Of a DNA stretch of 64,000 nt, positions 42,073 through 54,892 are shown in pieces. Under the pieces are notes generated by a model. That model saw nothing but the letters and a program-made list of their open reading frames with translations, searched no databases and was not told where the DNA came from. A program made the position numbers and the translations under genes. The stretch's first letter is position 1. Each line of letters opens with the position of its first letter. The DNA comes from Octopus sinensis (taxonomy: Eukaryota), in assembly GCF_006345805.1 (NCBI RefSeq), contig NC_042998.1:141050001-141114000 (forward strand), read 5' to 3'.

Positions 42073-42145
42073 AAATGTAATCGCACGTGGACTGTTTGCG
42101 ATTTTTCCTCATTCTTCCTTCTTATTGGACTTTCTTGATTTTTCT

Positions 42146-42180
42146 GTTTCCGACGAAGAGCTATGTTCGAAACGTAAAGC
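42146..42180 (+). ncRNA. Variant minimal type I hammerhead (U4C, extra A) in a PLE-LTR-like fragment
   Basis: GTTT-CCGACGA-A-GAGC-tat-GTTC-GAAAC-GTA-AAGC; palindromic ACGT stem III. Confidence 0.55.
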
Positions 42181-42293
42181 GACAACTCTCTTTCACCGAG
42201 CGTGATATTAATACATTACTTGTGCTACATCCTCCCATTTGCTTGTTTTTTTCTTTTTCTTCTTTTTTTCCTGTGTTTCTTTAAAAAATTGAC

Positions 42294-42370
<77 letters not shown>

Positions 42371-42409
42371 GCATACATACACACACACATATATATACAT
42401 ACAACATAC

Positions 42410-42760
42410 GTGCATGGCTCAGTGGTTAGAGCGTCGAGCTTACGATCGTGAGGTTGTGAGGTTGTGAGCTCGAATCCCGGACCGGGCTGCGTGTTGTGTT
42501 CTTGAGCAAGGCACTTTATTTCACGTTGCTCCAGTTCACTCAGCTGTAGAAATGAGTTGCGACGTCACAGGTGCCAAGCTGTATCGGCCCCTTTGCCTTT
42601 CCCTTGGATAACACTGGTGGCGTGGAGAGGGGAGGCTGGTATGCATGGGCGACTGCTGGTCTTCCATAAACCACCTTGCCCAGACTTGTGACTAGGAGGG
42701 TAACTTTCTAGGTGCAATCCCATGGTCATTCATGACCGAAGGGGGTCTTTACCTTTACCT
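42410..42760 (+). mobile_element. tRNA-derived SINE, family C (near full length)
   Basis: TGGCTCAGTGGTTAGAGCG A box, GAGCTCGAATCCC B box, CTTTAC tail. Confidence 0.88.
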
Positions 42761-42793
42761 ATATATATACACACATACAATATACATATATAT

Positions 42794-43240
42794 ACAGGGT
42801 TATTCAAAAAGTAAGAGACACAAATACATTCTACATATTCCTTTATAGGGGAAGGTTTAAAGTTTATAGCTGAACATGTTCAATTGAATTAAGCCTTAAA
42901 TAAAATAATATTTTAATTTTGTTTTAATGTTTCATTGTGTTCATTTTATTTAAAGCTGTATAATTTTGATTTGTGTAATCCCTTAGAAAATGGCGACGCT
43001 ACAAGAAAAGTCTTTTTGTGTGCTGCAGTTTGAGAAATGCAAATCAATTGTGCAAGTGGAACGTGAATTTCGCCGCCAATTCAATAAAAATCCACCACGT
43101 CACAAGCAAATTTACGAATGGCATAAAAATTGTTTGTCGAGCAACATATGGTGCTCATGTTGAGTGCATACTATCTTAAAATAAAATTTAAATCTTCCCT
43201 TATCAAGAATTATGTAGAATGTGTTTGTGTCTCTTAACAT
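42794..43240 (+). mobile_element. Internally deleted Tc1/mariner-superfamily element
   Basis: TIR-like AAGAGACACAAATACATTCTACA / TGTAGAATGTGTTTGTGTCTCTT; transposase N-terminus MATLQEKSFCVLQFEKCKSIVQVEREFRRQF. Confidence 0.8.
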
Positions 43241-43517
43241 TTGTTTTATATATATAGTAATGTTTGTTGTCCCTTCAGCGTGGCTGTTCTATACAGAACT
43301 ATGTTACGGCATTTGAGCCCCAGGAAAACATCTTTTCCGGTTGGTTAATGACACACAACCTGTCTGATATATTGCGAGTAGGAGAGCGAACCACACCTCT
43401 CCAGTGTGGCAAGACCAGTAAGCCAGACTGCTTTCTGGGTGCCTACCCGCCCTCAGTACTGGACTCCTGCCTGCTAGAGGTATATATATATATATATATA
43501 TTTATACAAGAGTTCAG

Positions 43518-43854
43518 GAATGAAGTAGATAAAATCTGGGTTACATATGTTTCGCAGCGAGTGGAACCTCAGAAGTGGTAAATATCCAACCGAGGTGTAC
43601 AATGCAGGCTACTCTTCAGGCCAAATGTATCTTGATTAAATGAAATTTACATTGTCGTTATATTCTCCACTCAAATTGTGCTCTCAACGCATTCTGGTCG
43701 AATCCTCCGTGTGTTAACATGGGCCTTCTGACGACAATATAAACTTCCTATACTCAAGATATCCTTGGCCTGAAGAGTAGCCTGTGGTATACACCCCTCT
43801 TGGATATTTACCACTCCCGAAGCATATGTAGTCCGGCTCTTATCTACTTCATTC
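43518..43854. mobile_element. Palindromic MITE (~140-bp arms)
   Basis: GAATGAAGTAGATAA..AGTGGTAAATATCCAA..GGCTACTCTTCAGGCCAA mirrored by TTGGCCTGAAGAGTAGCC..TTGGATATTTACCACT..TTATCTACTTCATTC. Confidence 0.85.
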
Positions 43855-44049
43855 TTTAACTTTTGTATTTTTATTCGTATATCTGGCAGCCCTGGTTACC
43901 TACCGTGAAATAGAAAATAATTTTTTCAAGCTTATCGTACTTCGATACGGAAAAATCCAGACCTTCCCACCCCAATAAATCACAATTGTTCCTAAAAGTT
44001 TTTTTTTAAATATATTTTCTACGGATTGCTTGAAGCTCACTTTCTTCCT

Positions 44050-45470
44050 ACACTTGGAACCTTAACAACTTGTTCAGGTGCATCAGCTTTAGACAAATGT
44101 TTCCTTAAATCTAACAGATACCATGCTATTTTTGATAGACACACCGTGAAGTTATCTTACGCTAACTCTATTAATTTAGAGCAGCATATGCGCACGCACT
44201 GAATAAACTATAGTAATATGAAACAACAGTTCAGTAACTCACCTACAGGAACTAGCAAACATATGCATCAAAGCACCAACAAAGGGGATGTAAACAGCAA
44301 TGAAAAGCACCAGATACGGCCAAATCATGATAGTAGAAATGATTGTAATATAGCTAGCACGGTAACAACGTCGGAAAATTAAGTCAGCACCATCATATAT
44401 AAAAATAAATATGTTAAATGCTCATGCAGAGAAAAATCAAAATGCTCATTGATGTATCTCTGTATGAATTCAAATCTTGTATATAAATGTACCATGAAAA
44501 CACGTGGAGGGCCGTGTATTTACATTGGGGCAACAGCTGGTTCGTTCAAAAATCGTTATCGCAATCATGTCACCAACTTCAAGAAAATCAATAAGAGACA
44601 TTCAACATCTCTGGCCAATTGTGTGTGGTGACTTAAGGAAGATTAAATTAAATACAACATAACTTGCTCCATAGTTAGGTACGCAAAAACTATATAATAT
44701 CTTTTCTGAGATATGCCGATCTGCTCCGAGAAATCCTCGTCTATTCTGTAGACCTATGAAAAGATCATTATAGGATTTCCGAAAGACTTTCAAGATGCTT
44801 ACATGCATATAAATGAACTTTCGCACAATGCAGTGGGAATGTCTTTGAGTAGCTGTTAACGTAATCCACCTTAAGGTATGGATGAATAAAATTTAGCTTT
44901 GACCTCCCCTTTTTTATAAACACCAAGTAGCTATCTAACTCGTTATGTGAACGTATGTGCGCTAAACCACACGTGTACGTATGCTTACCTCATCGTGACT
45001 GTTTGTATGAGCATGTGTACGTGCGTCATACAAGCTACGTGAGGGCGTTTATACATCCATATCCGTTAACGGTCATTTTTAATACTTTTATTCGCTGTAC
45101 TGTGTGCTGGTTTCTTTTTTGCATCTACTATTTTATTATTGATCTTCTATATAAGTAAAGCTATATCGTTTAATTTGCTGCTTTTCTTCACATGAACTGA
45201 GAATATACATTACGAAAGTGTTATTTTAATGAGTTGTATCTGTTTATCACCCGAAGAGACACATCTGCACCATCGAATGCTCCTGAGCAGTTGTTCAGTA
45301 TCCCATCCGTGAGAGATCACATCGATGCTAGATGTGTCGAAACAACTATCGTGATTATTAAAAACTCTCGTATCTTCTATCTTCCGTCTCTCATTAACCA
45401 GATACATAACGAACAATGTGAAAGTGACCGTATTTTACCAGTAAGCTACCATAAACCATTCGTTTTATGA
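44050..45470 (+). mobile_element. Decayed Penelope-like element 3' part (RT C-terminus, GIY-YIG, 3' region with hammerhead)
   Basis: DKCFLKSNRYHAIFDRHTVKLSY; LVYKCT..IYIGATAGSFKNRYRNH..HSTSLA; hammerhead at 45246. Confidence 0.8.
45246..45355 (+). ncRNA. Variant type I hammerhead with long stem II
   Basis: ATCAC-CCGAAGA-GACACATCT..(~62 nt)..AGATGTGTC-GAAAC-AACT-ATC-GTGAT. Confidence 0.65.
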
Positions 45471-45524
45471 TCTAGTATCTAATATATATATATATTCTCT
45501 TTTACTCTTTTTTTTTACTCTTAT

Positions 45525-45862
45525 TTGTTTCAGTCATTCGACTGCGACCGCTGCTTTTAGTCGAACAAATCGACCCCCAGAACTTATTCTTTGTAAGCCA
45601 AGTACTTATTCTATCGTTCTCTTTTGGCGAACCGCTAAGTTACGGGAACATAAACGCACCAGCATCGGTTGTCAAGCGATGGAGGGGAGACAAACACAGA
45701 CACAGGCACACACATATATACGACTGGCTTCTTACAGTTTCCGTCTACCAAATCTATTTACAAGGCTTTGGTCGACCTGGGGCTATAGTAGAAGGCACTT
45801 GCCCAAGGTCCCACGCAGGGGGACCGAACCCGGAACCGTGTGGTTAGCAAGCAAGCTACTTT
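45525..45862 (-). mobile_element. SINE family A
   Basis: Homologous to 1905-2495. Confidence 0.8.
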
Positions 45863-47274
45863 ATTTCATAAAATTTGTCATCATAGACAGTACAAAGAGT
45901 GTGTAGCTTTGCGGGCTGGACAAACACATTAATGAATGAAAATGAAATAGAATGAATAAATGAAAGACGAAATCCAACACCCGTCGATTAGATTTTTCTC
46001 GAAAACATTTTCTTTTTTTAAAAAATCAATCTGAGGTTTCAAACCTCTTACAAGAAGGAGGCACTAAAACCTCTTACTTAACATGTTTTTTTTAAAACAC
46101 ACAATTGAGGTTATAAACCATGACAAATAATACAATGAGATGAGGTTTCAAACCCTATAACGAAGGTCTTTCACCTCCTACTCTTCGATATATCCATCGA
46201 TATATTCATCATTATCTTCAATGCCGACTTACATGAGTGAGGCATGGGAAATGGCGGGATACAGGGACTCAAGCGGCATATGTACGTTCGAGGGTGTGGG
46301 CGTGCGTTGTGTGCGTGTGTGCGTGCCTGCGTGCGTGTTAGTGTACGTGTGTGAGAGGGTGAGAGGAGTGAGGTGGAGTGTGGGTTCGTTGTCTGAAGAA
46401 GAGTGTGTGAATGGGTGGATGTAGCTGTGTGAGGGTGGTGGTGGTGTGTGCGTGTCTGTTGGTACGTGTGCTTAGACGGAGTAGGAATGTGTATATGTGT
46501 GTATATATGTGCAGATGTATGAGTATGTGTGTGTTTATGGGCGTGTGTGTGTATTACGTGCGTGTATATGCGTGTACGTTGTGTGAGGGTTATGTCTGGA
46601 GGTATGTGTGCGTTCGTGTATGCGTGTATATATATATATACGTATATGTGTTACGCATGCATGTGTATATATGTATGTATGTACAAACGTATGTATGTAT
46701 ATCTATATGTATGTGTGTATGTATATATGTAAGTTTATATATGTACTTATAGATGTATGTTCGATATATAAATTTCCCAATGGCTGAGAAGATACTTATC
46801 GAAGTGTGCACAACTGTTGATGAAATCTGCTCTGAAAACATAATTAGATTAAATAGCAGGGATTTTCAAATTCATCAAGATAGGTTTTCTCTAGTGGCAA
46901 CATATCTAATTTATGACAGATATTTGTGTATGTTGTAACTATGTGTAGATGTGATTGTAAATATGGACATTGTTTTTTCAAAGAAACAAGTCGAGAGATA
47001 AAGAGAGTAGCACTCGTATACTGAATGTTCACTAGTGTACGAGCTCGCTGTGAGTGTGTGTGTGTTGCGTTTCAGATACGTTAATAAACGAACAAAAACT
47101 AAGCAGCCCAATTGTATTTGGAGGCTGAAGGGGTTCGATACAGAATTAAGACATCAAACGGAACATTCTAGAATAAAGAAGTAGGTCCTATATTAAAGGG
47201 CCACGAAATGTCAGCTCTTGAGCACATAGTCATACACACTTTTCTGCCGACCCGGCACATGTTCTTTTGTTCTT

Positions 47275-47620
47275 TCACTTATTTCAGATTGTGGCCTTGC
47301 TGGAGCACCGCCTTTAGTCGAACAAATCGACCCCAGGACTTATTCTTTGTAAGCCTAGTACTTATTCTAGCGGTTTCTTTTGTCGAACCGTTAAGTTAAG
47401 GGGACGTATATACACCAACATCGGTTGTCAAGCGATGGAGGGGGGGCAAACACAGACACACAAATACATACATGCATATATACATATATATATTTATATA
47501 TACGACAGGCTTCTTTCAGTTTACGTTTACCAAATCCACTCACAATGTTTGGTCGTCTTGGGGCTATAGTGGAAGACATTTATCCAAGGCGCCACTAAAC
47601 CCGGAACCAAGTGGTTGGGA
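47275..47620 (-). mobile_element. SINE family A
   Basis: Homologous to 1905-2495. Confidence 0.8.
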
Positions 47621-47669
47621 ATTTTTTAAACATATATTTGTCTGATTCTATATTTATGAGATGAGGAAT

Positions 47670-47922
47670 TATGTGCATTATTTACATTATTTATAATTGA
47701 CGGATATTTGTCCTCATCATGTTTGTTGTTAAGAGCGTAGGCTACTAACCCCAACAACAACAACAACGACGAATACCTTAGGAATGAGAACCCATGTTCG
47801 AAATTTTCCCAAGACACCTGATGAAGGCTGGAGGGTATATCAGCCGAAACGTTGTGTTAACAACAAACAAGATGAGGACAAATATCCGTCAATTGTAAAT
47901 AATGTAAATAATGTAAATAATG
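47670..47922 (+). mobile_element. PLE pseudo-LTR fragment with an inverted partial copy
   Basis: 47672-47735 is the reverse complement of 47856-47922 (AACAACAAAC..GATGAGGACAAATATCCGTCAATT..AAATAATGT); contains a hammerhead. Confidence 0.7.
47813..47858 (+). ncRNA. Minimal type I hammerhead ribozyme
   Basis: GACAC-CTGATGA-A-GGCTG-gagggtatat-CAGCC-GAAAC-GTT-GTGTT; stem III only possible as the dimeric palindrome AACGTT. Confidence 0.7.
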
Positions 47923-49792
47923 TATATATGTATAAGATCGAGCGGTACGTTATGATAGCGTGATGTCTACATATTAACATTACACATATAAAATAAGGCG
48001 GCTAATTAGCAGAATCGTTAGCACACCGGGAAAAATGGTTGGCGGAATTTCGTCCGTCTTCACATTCTGAGTTCATATTCCGCCGAGGTCGACTTTGCTT
48101 TTCGGTGTCGATAAAATAAGTACCAGTTGAGTACTGGAGTCGACGAAATCGACAAACTCCTTCCTCTGAAATTGCTGGCCTTGTGTCAAAATGCCAAAAT
48201 TTTAAACCAATATTACACATATAAAACAAAGCGGCGAGCTAGCTGAATCGTTAGCACGTCAAGCGAAATGCTTAGCGGCATTTCGTCCGTCTTGCGTTCT
48301 GAACTCAAATTCCGCCAAGGTCGACTTTGCCTTTCATACTTTCGGGCAGTGGCGGCTTATGTATAGGCACTGTGGAACTGCAGCACCACTATTTCCACTC
48401 GATATAATCGATAGCATTCCTTTTTTCTTTAATTCTTTTCTTTATATTTGTTCATTATATAATCCTTAAACTTAATGTCAGTAGCCATCCCCTAGTTTAT
48501 GAAAAAAATACAAAAATCCTTGTATAGAACTGTGCGCTTCAAAGTTCCAGCGACGCGGAGTTTGGCTGTTGTGCGCATGCTCACATGTCCGAGATAGGAA
48601 GCTGCACACTACGGAGAGAGTAGGGTGGTTCACGCAGTGCCGACCCTGGTGTCCTGGTGCAAGATAGTGTTTCTTTTTGACTCCGCGTGTGTTGCGTGTT
48701 ATATTCTTGAATGTGATAAAGTGTAGAATTAGATTATTATCCTGCTTCCAGCTACATTGTTGCTGCCAGGATTTGAAAAATAGGGCAGATTCCCGCCCCT
48801 TATTTTGTGATTTAGCGGGGATTTTCGAAAAACAAAAGGGAATTCATAGCGGTGTTCAGTGAACAAATTAAACACACTACCCGGCAGTAGCTAAAACGCA
48901 AAACGATCAAATTTATGTATGTTTTCTTTTTATATGTTTGTTTACTTTTACACAATATTAAAACAACAGCTAAAAATTTTCTGAAGCAGCACTCCTACTA
49001 ATTTTATCTACGAGCCACCACTGCTTTCAGAATCGATAAAATAAACACCCGTTGAAGATCGGGATCGATGTGATCGACTTACACCCTTCTCCGAAGTTGC
49101 TGGCTTTGTGCCAAAATTTGAAATCAGTATTACATACATAGATAGTAGATCTAATATAATGGCAGTTCCTTCTTGACCGAAGATCATGAAGAAGAGCAGT
49201 ACCCCCGAAAGTCACTATGTAAACCGAATCGTGACGCTGCAGGCCTTTTTCTTCCTGCCTGAGCCTAGTAGTTTTAAAGTGAGAATCAGTCCTCACAATC
49301 TGATCCCATTTAGTGGGTCTGACTTGGATGTCTGACCACAGGGGCTCAGATGGCTAAGACAGCTGCGGTGACCAGTAAGCTGTGGGTTTTACATCGGAGT
49401 GACCTCGTCTTAGGTGAATTATGTTACAGGGATGGAGGGCTCCATCTACGCTGGAGTTGCTGGATGGGTGTCAAAGAGGGCACAGGGCAACCCGAAGACT
49501 TTACTATTAAGAGTGGCGCGACTCGCCTTCTCCGTTCCCGCATCACTCACAATGCAGTGAGAGAGTTTGTGCTTAGAGTTTCTTCCGTAAGATGCTAATT
49601 AACCCTTAACCGGGACCCTGGTAAGTGATACTATTCTGGGTCGTAGTTGACCTGGGAACAATAGTAGCAAAGAGATTGTTTCACGCTCCTCAAACTCTGG
49701 AAAGCCAGGACCAGGGTCCCACTATTGGATGCAGTTTAAAGTCATTCACAGGGGGTATATCTAATATGAATAATATAATTTGAAGGCGCAGA

Positions 49793-50210
49793 CGTGGCTA
49801 GGTGGTAAGAAGCTTGCTTCCCAACCACACCGTTGCAGGTTCCGTTCCACTGCCTGGCACCTTGAGCAAGTGTCTTCTACTATTGCTTCGGGCCGACCCA
49901 AGTCTTGCGAGTGGATTAAGTAGATGGAAACTGAATTAATCCAGTCGTATATACATGTATGTTGTGTGTGGTGTGTGTGTGTGTGTGTGTGTGTGCGTGT
50001 GTCTGTGTGTCTGTGTGTTTGTCCCTCACCACCGCTTGACAACTGGTGTTGGTGCTTTTACGTCCTGTAACTTAGCGGTTCGGCAAAATAACCGATAGAA
50101 TAAGTAACAGGCTTGAAAAAAAAATTACTGGTATCGATTCATTCAACAAAACATTCTTTAAGGCGGTGCCCTAGCAAGACCGCAGTCTAATGACTGAAAC
50201 AAGTAAATGA
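49793..50210 (+). mobile_element. SINE family A
   Basis: TGGCTAGGTGGTAAG head; body homologous to the other copies. Confidence 0.78.
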
Positions 50211-50422
50211 AAGATAAAAGCTACATTACACGAAAGATCATAAATCATGTCCCATAAACACAAGACTATCAGATGAAAACACAAGGGCGCTGCCATGTGA
50301 AATGACGTCTCAGAAATTGAGACCCATTTAGGTTTGAAGTCACCGGGAGTTCAGATAGGGACTTCGAAGAAATTCAAATTGTATTTCATATTTCTTAAGC
50401 TCTGTATACTCACACACACACA

Positions 50423-50485
<63 letters not shown>

Positions 50486-50649
50486 ACGTGTTTATGTGAC
50501 TGTGTGTGTGTGTGATGTAGGCTGCAGCAGTTACAATAGACGCTGCTCTACCAGCTAAACTTCAGTATATATGTATATACGCACACACATATAATATAGT
50601 TATATAATATACATGTATGTGTATGTATTATCTCCCCATATATAAATAT

Positions 50650-50724
<75 letters not shown>

Positions 50725-50809
50725 AAGAGAGAGAGACAGAGAGAGAGAGAAAGAGAAAGAGAGAGAGATACACACGCATTCACACACATATATGTGTGTG
50801 TGTGTATCT

Positions 50810-51178
50810 TTTATTTGCTTCAGTCATTTGATTGCGGCCACAATGAGGTACCAACATGAAGAACTTTTCTCAAATGAATCAACTGTAAGTCTTTTTTATT
50901 TTCCAAAGTTTTAGCGTAAGTTGCCGAGACATAAACACACCAACACCGGTTGTCAAGCGTCGGGGTGGGGAACGCAAGCACAGACACAACGATACACACA
51001 CATAATATATACAAGACAGGTTTTTTTTCAGTTTCTGTCTACCTAATCCACTCACAAAGTTTTAGTCGAACTGAGGGTACAGTAGAAAACACTTACCCAA
51101 GGTACCACGTTGTAGGACTGAACCCGGTACCATGCGGTTGGGAAGTAAACGTTTTACCCAACAACTACACCTGCGCCA
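50810..51178 (-). mobile_element. SINE family A (diverged)
   Basis: CAGTCATTTGATTGCGGCCA...GGACTGAACCCGG homology. Confidence 0.7.
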
Positions 51179-51216
51179 ATTGTATGTATATATATATATA
51201 TATAATATATATATAT

Positions 51217-51268
<52 letters not shown>

Positions 51269-51635
51269 AAACTTCATTTTAGATTTAATTTATCTCTCTT
51301 CATAGATATATATACATATCTAATCTATCTATCTATATATATATATCAGTATCTCTCCATCTGTGCGCGTGCATGTATGTATACAGTTTCTATTGTATTA
51401 CTGGAGACTTTGAGACACTTTCTGATGAATTCTCCAGAAAGCCAATAGAAGTAGTCCGCTAAGAGCCACTTATCATTAAATACATTAATTTATATACACA
51501 CACTCTACTATATATACATATGAATATATGTATATATGCTCTACTTGATGTATTGAGTGCCTTATTTTAATTGTTGTTCCCTCCGTTTCTAGCCAATTAC
51601 CAACTACAATTATACATACTTATATACGTACGAAC

Positions 51636-51720
<85 letters not shown>

Positions 51721-51742
51721 ATTATATATATATGTATATATG

Positions 51743-51791
<49 letters not shown>

Positions 51792-52705
51792 ATATATTAT
51801 AAATATATATATATATATATTATATATACATACACGCGTACATGCACACATGCGTATACACACATACGTACACACATACGTACACACACACATACTTACA
51901 TGTATTTATGGTATATGTTTGGAAGAGATGGGTGAATGGATGACTGGGTATTCTACACAATGAAGACAATGGCGATACATTGAAACCTATTGAATGTGTG
52001 TAAAGATGGTATTAGAGGAAAAAAATAATGAAAATTTGAACAGAATTTGAAGAAAAACTGAATAAAAATGGATAAAGAACGGAGAGAAAAAAATGAAGAA
52101 ATGATAAAATCTGAAAAGACAAGAAAGAAAACGAATAAAAATGAAGGAGAAAACAAATACGAAAGGATAAATAGATAGGAAATAGGATGAAAATATTAAA
52201 AGTAGTATGAAGGTAGAAAAAAAAATGAGACGCCAGGAAAATAAAACAAAGACTTAGATGACAAAGGATATACGTAAGTGAAGGGGAGGTTCATGGAAGT
52301 GGTAGTGGGTGAAAGATGTATAAAGAGGCGGAGAGTGAGTGAAGGTGTGAGTTAGAAAAACGGAGGGAAAAATTGGGAGAAAGTGTGGGGGAGAAGAGAG
52401 ATATAATGGAATGAATATTAGAGTAAACACTGTCTTGTCTACAGTATTTCTGAAATGACTATGCGCAGTAATATATTAATACAAACGTATATACATGTGT
52501 ATACATACATGGCTGAGTGGTTAAGAAACTAGCTTTGCTACCACGTTGTTTTGGGTTCAGTCCTGAAGCCCATTCCATATATATATATATATGGCGGTAC
52601 ATCAGCATGGCCGCAGTTCTGAGCTGAAACAAAACAAAACAAATATATATATATATATATATATTCAAAAAAGGAGATGTGGAACACGAGTTGTGATATA
52701 TAAAA

Positions 52706-54203
52706 AAAGGAAATGAAGAAAATGCTGACAAAATAATTTAAGTAAGGGAGAGTGTATTTAATTAGGTGAAAGTTCTTTTTACCGGTTGCGCATTTGTTAT
52801 GCTTATCAAAAGATATATTTTTAAGAGAGATAGAGTTCCTTTCTGATAGATTTTTTTCTCTTATCTGACTTTATGCTGGGTTTGCTGTCTCTTATATGTG
52901 AAAAAAGAGGCTCCAGAGTTGTTTAAGATTTGCTTGGTTTCGCGCCTAAAATTTCTTGTGGACAATGGTCAATACAATTTTGATTGGCCATTATAAAGGG
53001 GTCACGTGAATGTTTGAATGGAAGTTGGTTTTGGGGTAAGAAAATAGGCTCCAGAGATGTTAAAATTTGGCTAGTGTCGCTCCTAAAATTTTTTATTGGT
53101 CATAAAAAAGAGGTCACGTGGATGTGGTCATAATAGAGAGGTCACGTGAATGTTTAGAATGAATGTTGCTGTGGGTGGTGTATGGAGTTTTCGAAAATAG
53201 CGTTGTTGAAAATTCTTATTGTTCAGGCTGGTCAGTAGACGTCAAGTGGATATTTTAAATAGCTTTTTAGCGCGTAGTTAAGGAGTGTATTTTCCGCTTG
53301 ACTGAATTTGAGCTGGATAAGTAAGTTCGTTTAGGACAGGAAGAGCTATATGTATGTATGTGTGCGCTGTGTGTGTGTGTGTGTGTGTGTGTTTATATGT
53401 ATGTTGGGTCGCGCGCGCGTATATATGTGTGCGTGTGTGGGTACAATTTTCAATATTTATAGTTCTGCTGGCCTTGTGCCTGTATCGGGAAGCAATGTGT
53501 TTGTGTGAAGTCAATATTTACAGTCAGACCCAACTGTGGTATATGCATCAACCTAATAGAAGGTCCGGAATTCCTTTTTAAACAAGGACAACGTTTCACA
53601 GTAAAACACAACTTCACATGCGCATCAGAAAACCTAGTATATGTCTTAACTTGCTCGGGCTGTAATGAACACTATATAGGCCAAACTAAAAATAGCCTCC
53701 GCCAACGCATGACTGTCCACAGATCCCAAATAAAAATACAGGAATACAGAAAAATAGCACTTAGTGCACATATTGATACCTGTGCCGCACAACTTCATCC
53801 CAATTTTAGAATCTTTCCCCTCTACAAATTTAAAGACAATGTCACTCATACCCAGCGAATAACCATGGAATCCCACCTTATTAATAAATACAGACCACTT
53901 CTAAACACATCCCCCTAACACGAACCCACAACAAACACACTTACACCTGCACACACCCTACACACACTTTTACCCAGATATTAACACCATGACACACGCA
54001 AATATATGGTTCCACACATACACATAATTTGATACGGGTGCAAAACATCCAACACCATTTTTTTGGAAATGACTGTAAATATTGACTTCACACAAACACG
54101 TTGCTTCCCGATACAGGCACAAGGCCAGCAGAACTATAAATATTGAAAATTGTACCCACACACGCACACATATATACACGCGCGCGCGCCCCAACATACA
54201 TAT

Positions 54204-54234
<31 letters not shown>

Positions 54235-54892
54235 GCGCACACATACATACATATAGCTTTTCCTGTCCTAAACGAACTTACTTATCCAGCTCAAATTCAG
54301 TCAAGCGGAAAATACACTCCTTAACTACGCGCTAAAAAGCTATTTAAAATATCCACATGACGTCTACTGACCAGCCTGAACAATAAGAATTTTCAACAAC
54401 GCTATTTTCGAAAACTCCATACACCACCCACAGCAACATTCATTCTAAACATTCACGTGACCTCTCTATTATGACCACATCCACGTGACCTCTTTTTTAT
54501 GACCAATAAGAAATTTTAGGCGCGACACTAGCCAAATTTTAACATCTCTGGAGCCTATTTTCTTACCCCAACACCAACTTCCATTCAAACATTCACGTGA
54601 CCCCTTTATAATGACCAATCAAAATTGTATTGACCATTGTCCACAAGAAATTTTAGGCGCGAAACCAAGCAAATCTTAAAGAACTCTGGAGCCTCTTTTT
54701 TCACATATAAGAGACAGAAAACCCAACATAAAGTCAGATAAGAGAAAAAAATCTATCAGAAAGGAACTCTATCTCTCTTAAAAATATATCTTTTGATAAG
54801 CATAACAAATGCGCAACCGGTAAAAAGAACTTTCACCTAATTAAATACACTCTCCCTTACTTAAATTATTTTGTCAGCATTTTCTTCATTTC

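Noticed and set aside
42410-42490. tRNA gene
   Set aside because: A/B boxes are present but there is no complete cloverleaf, and it continues into a SINE body seen in several copies.
46753-46938. Short ORF MAEKILIEVCTTVDEICSEN..
   Set aside because: No motif, no splice signals, and length expected by chance.
51416-51452. Hammerhead-like ACTTT-CTGATGA..GAAA..ATA-GAAGT
   Set aside because: Stem II cannot form; at best a deleted relic.
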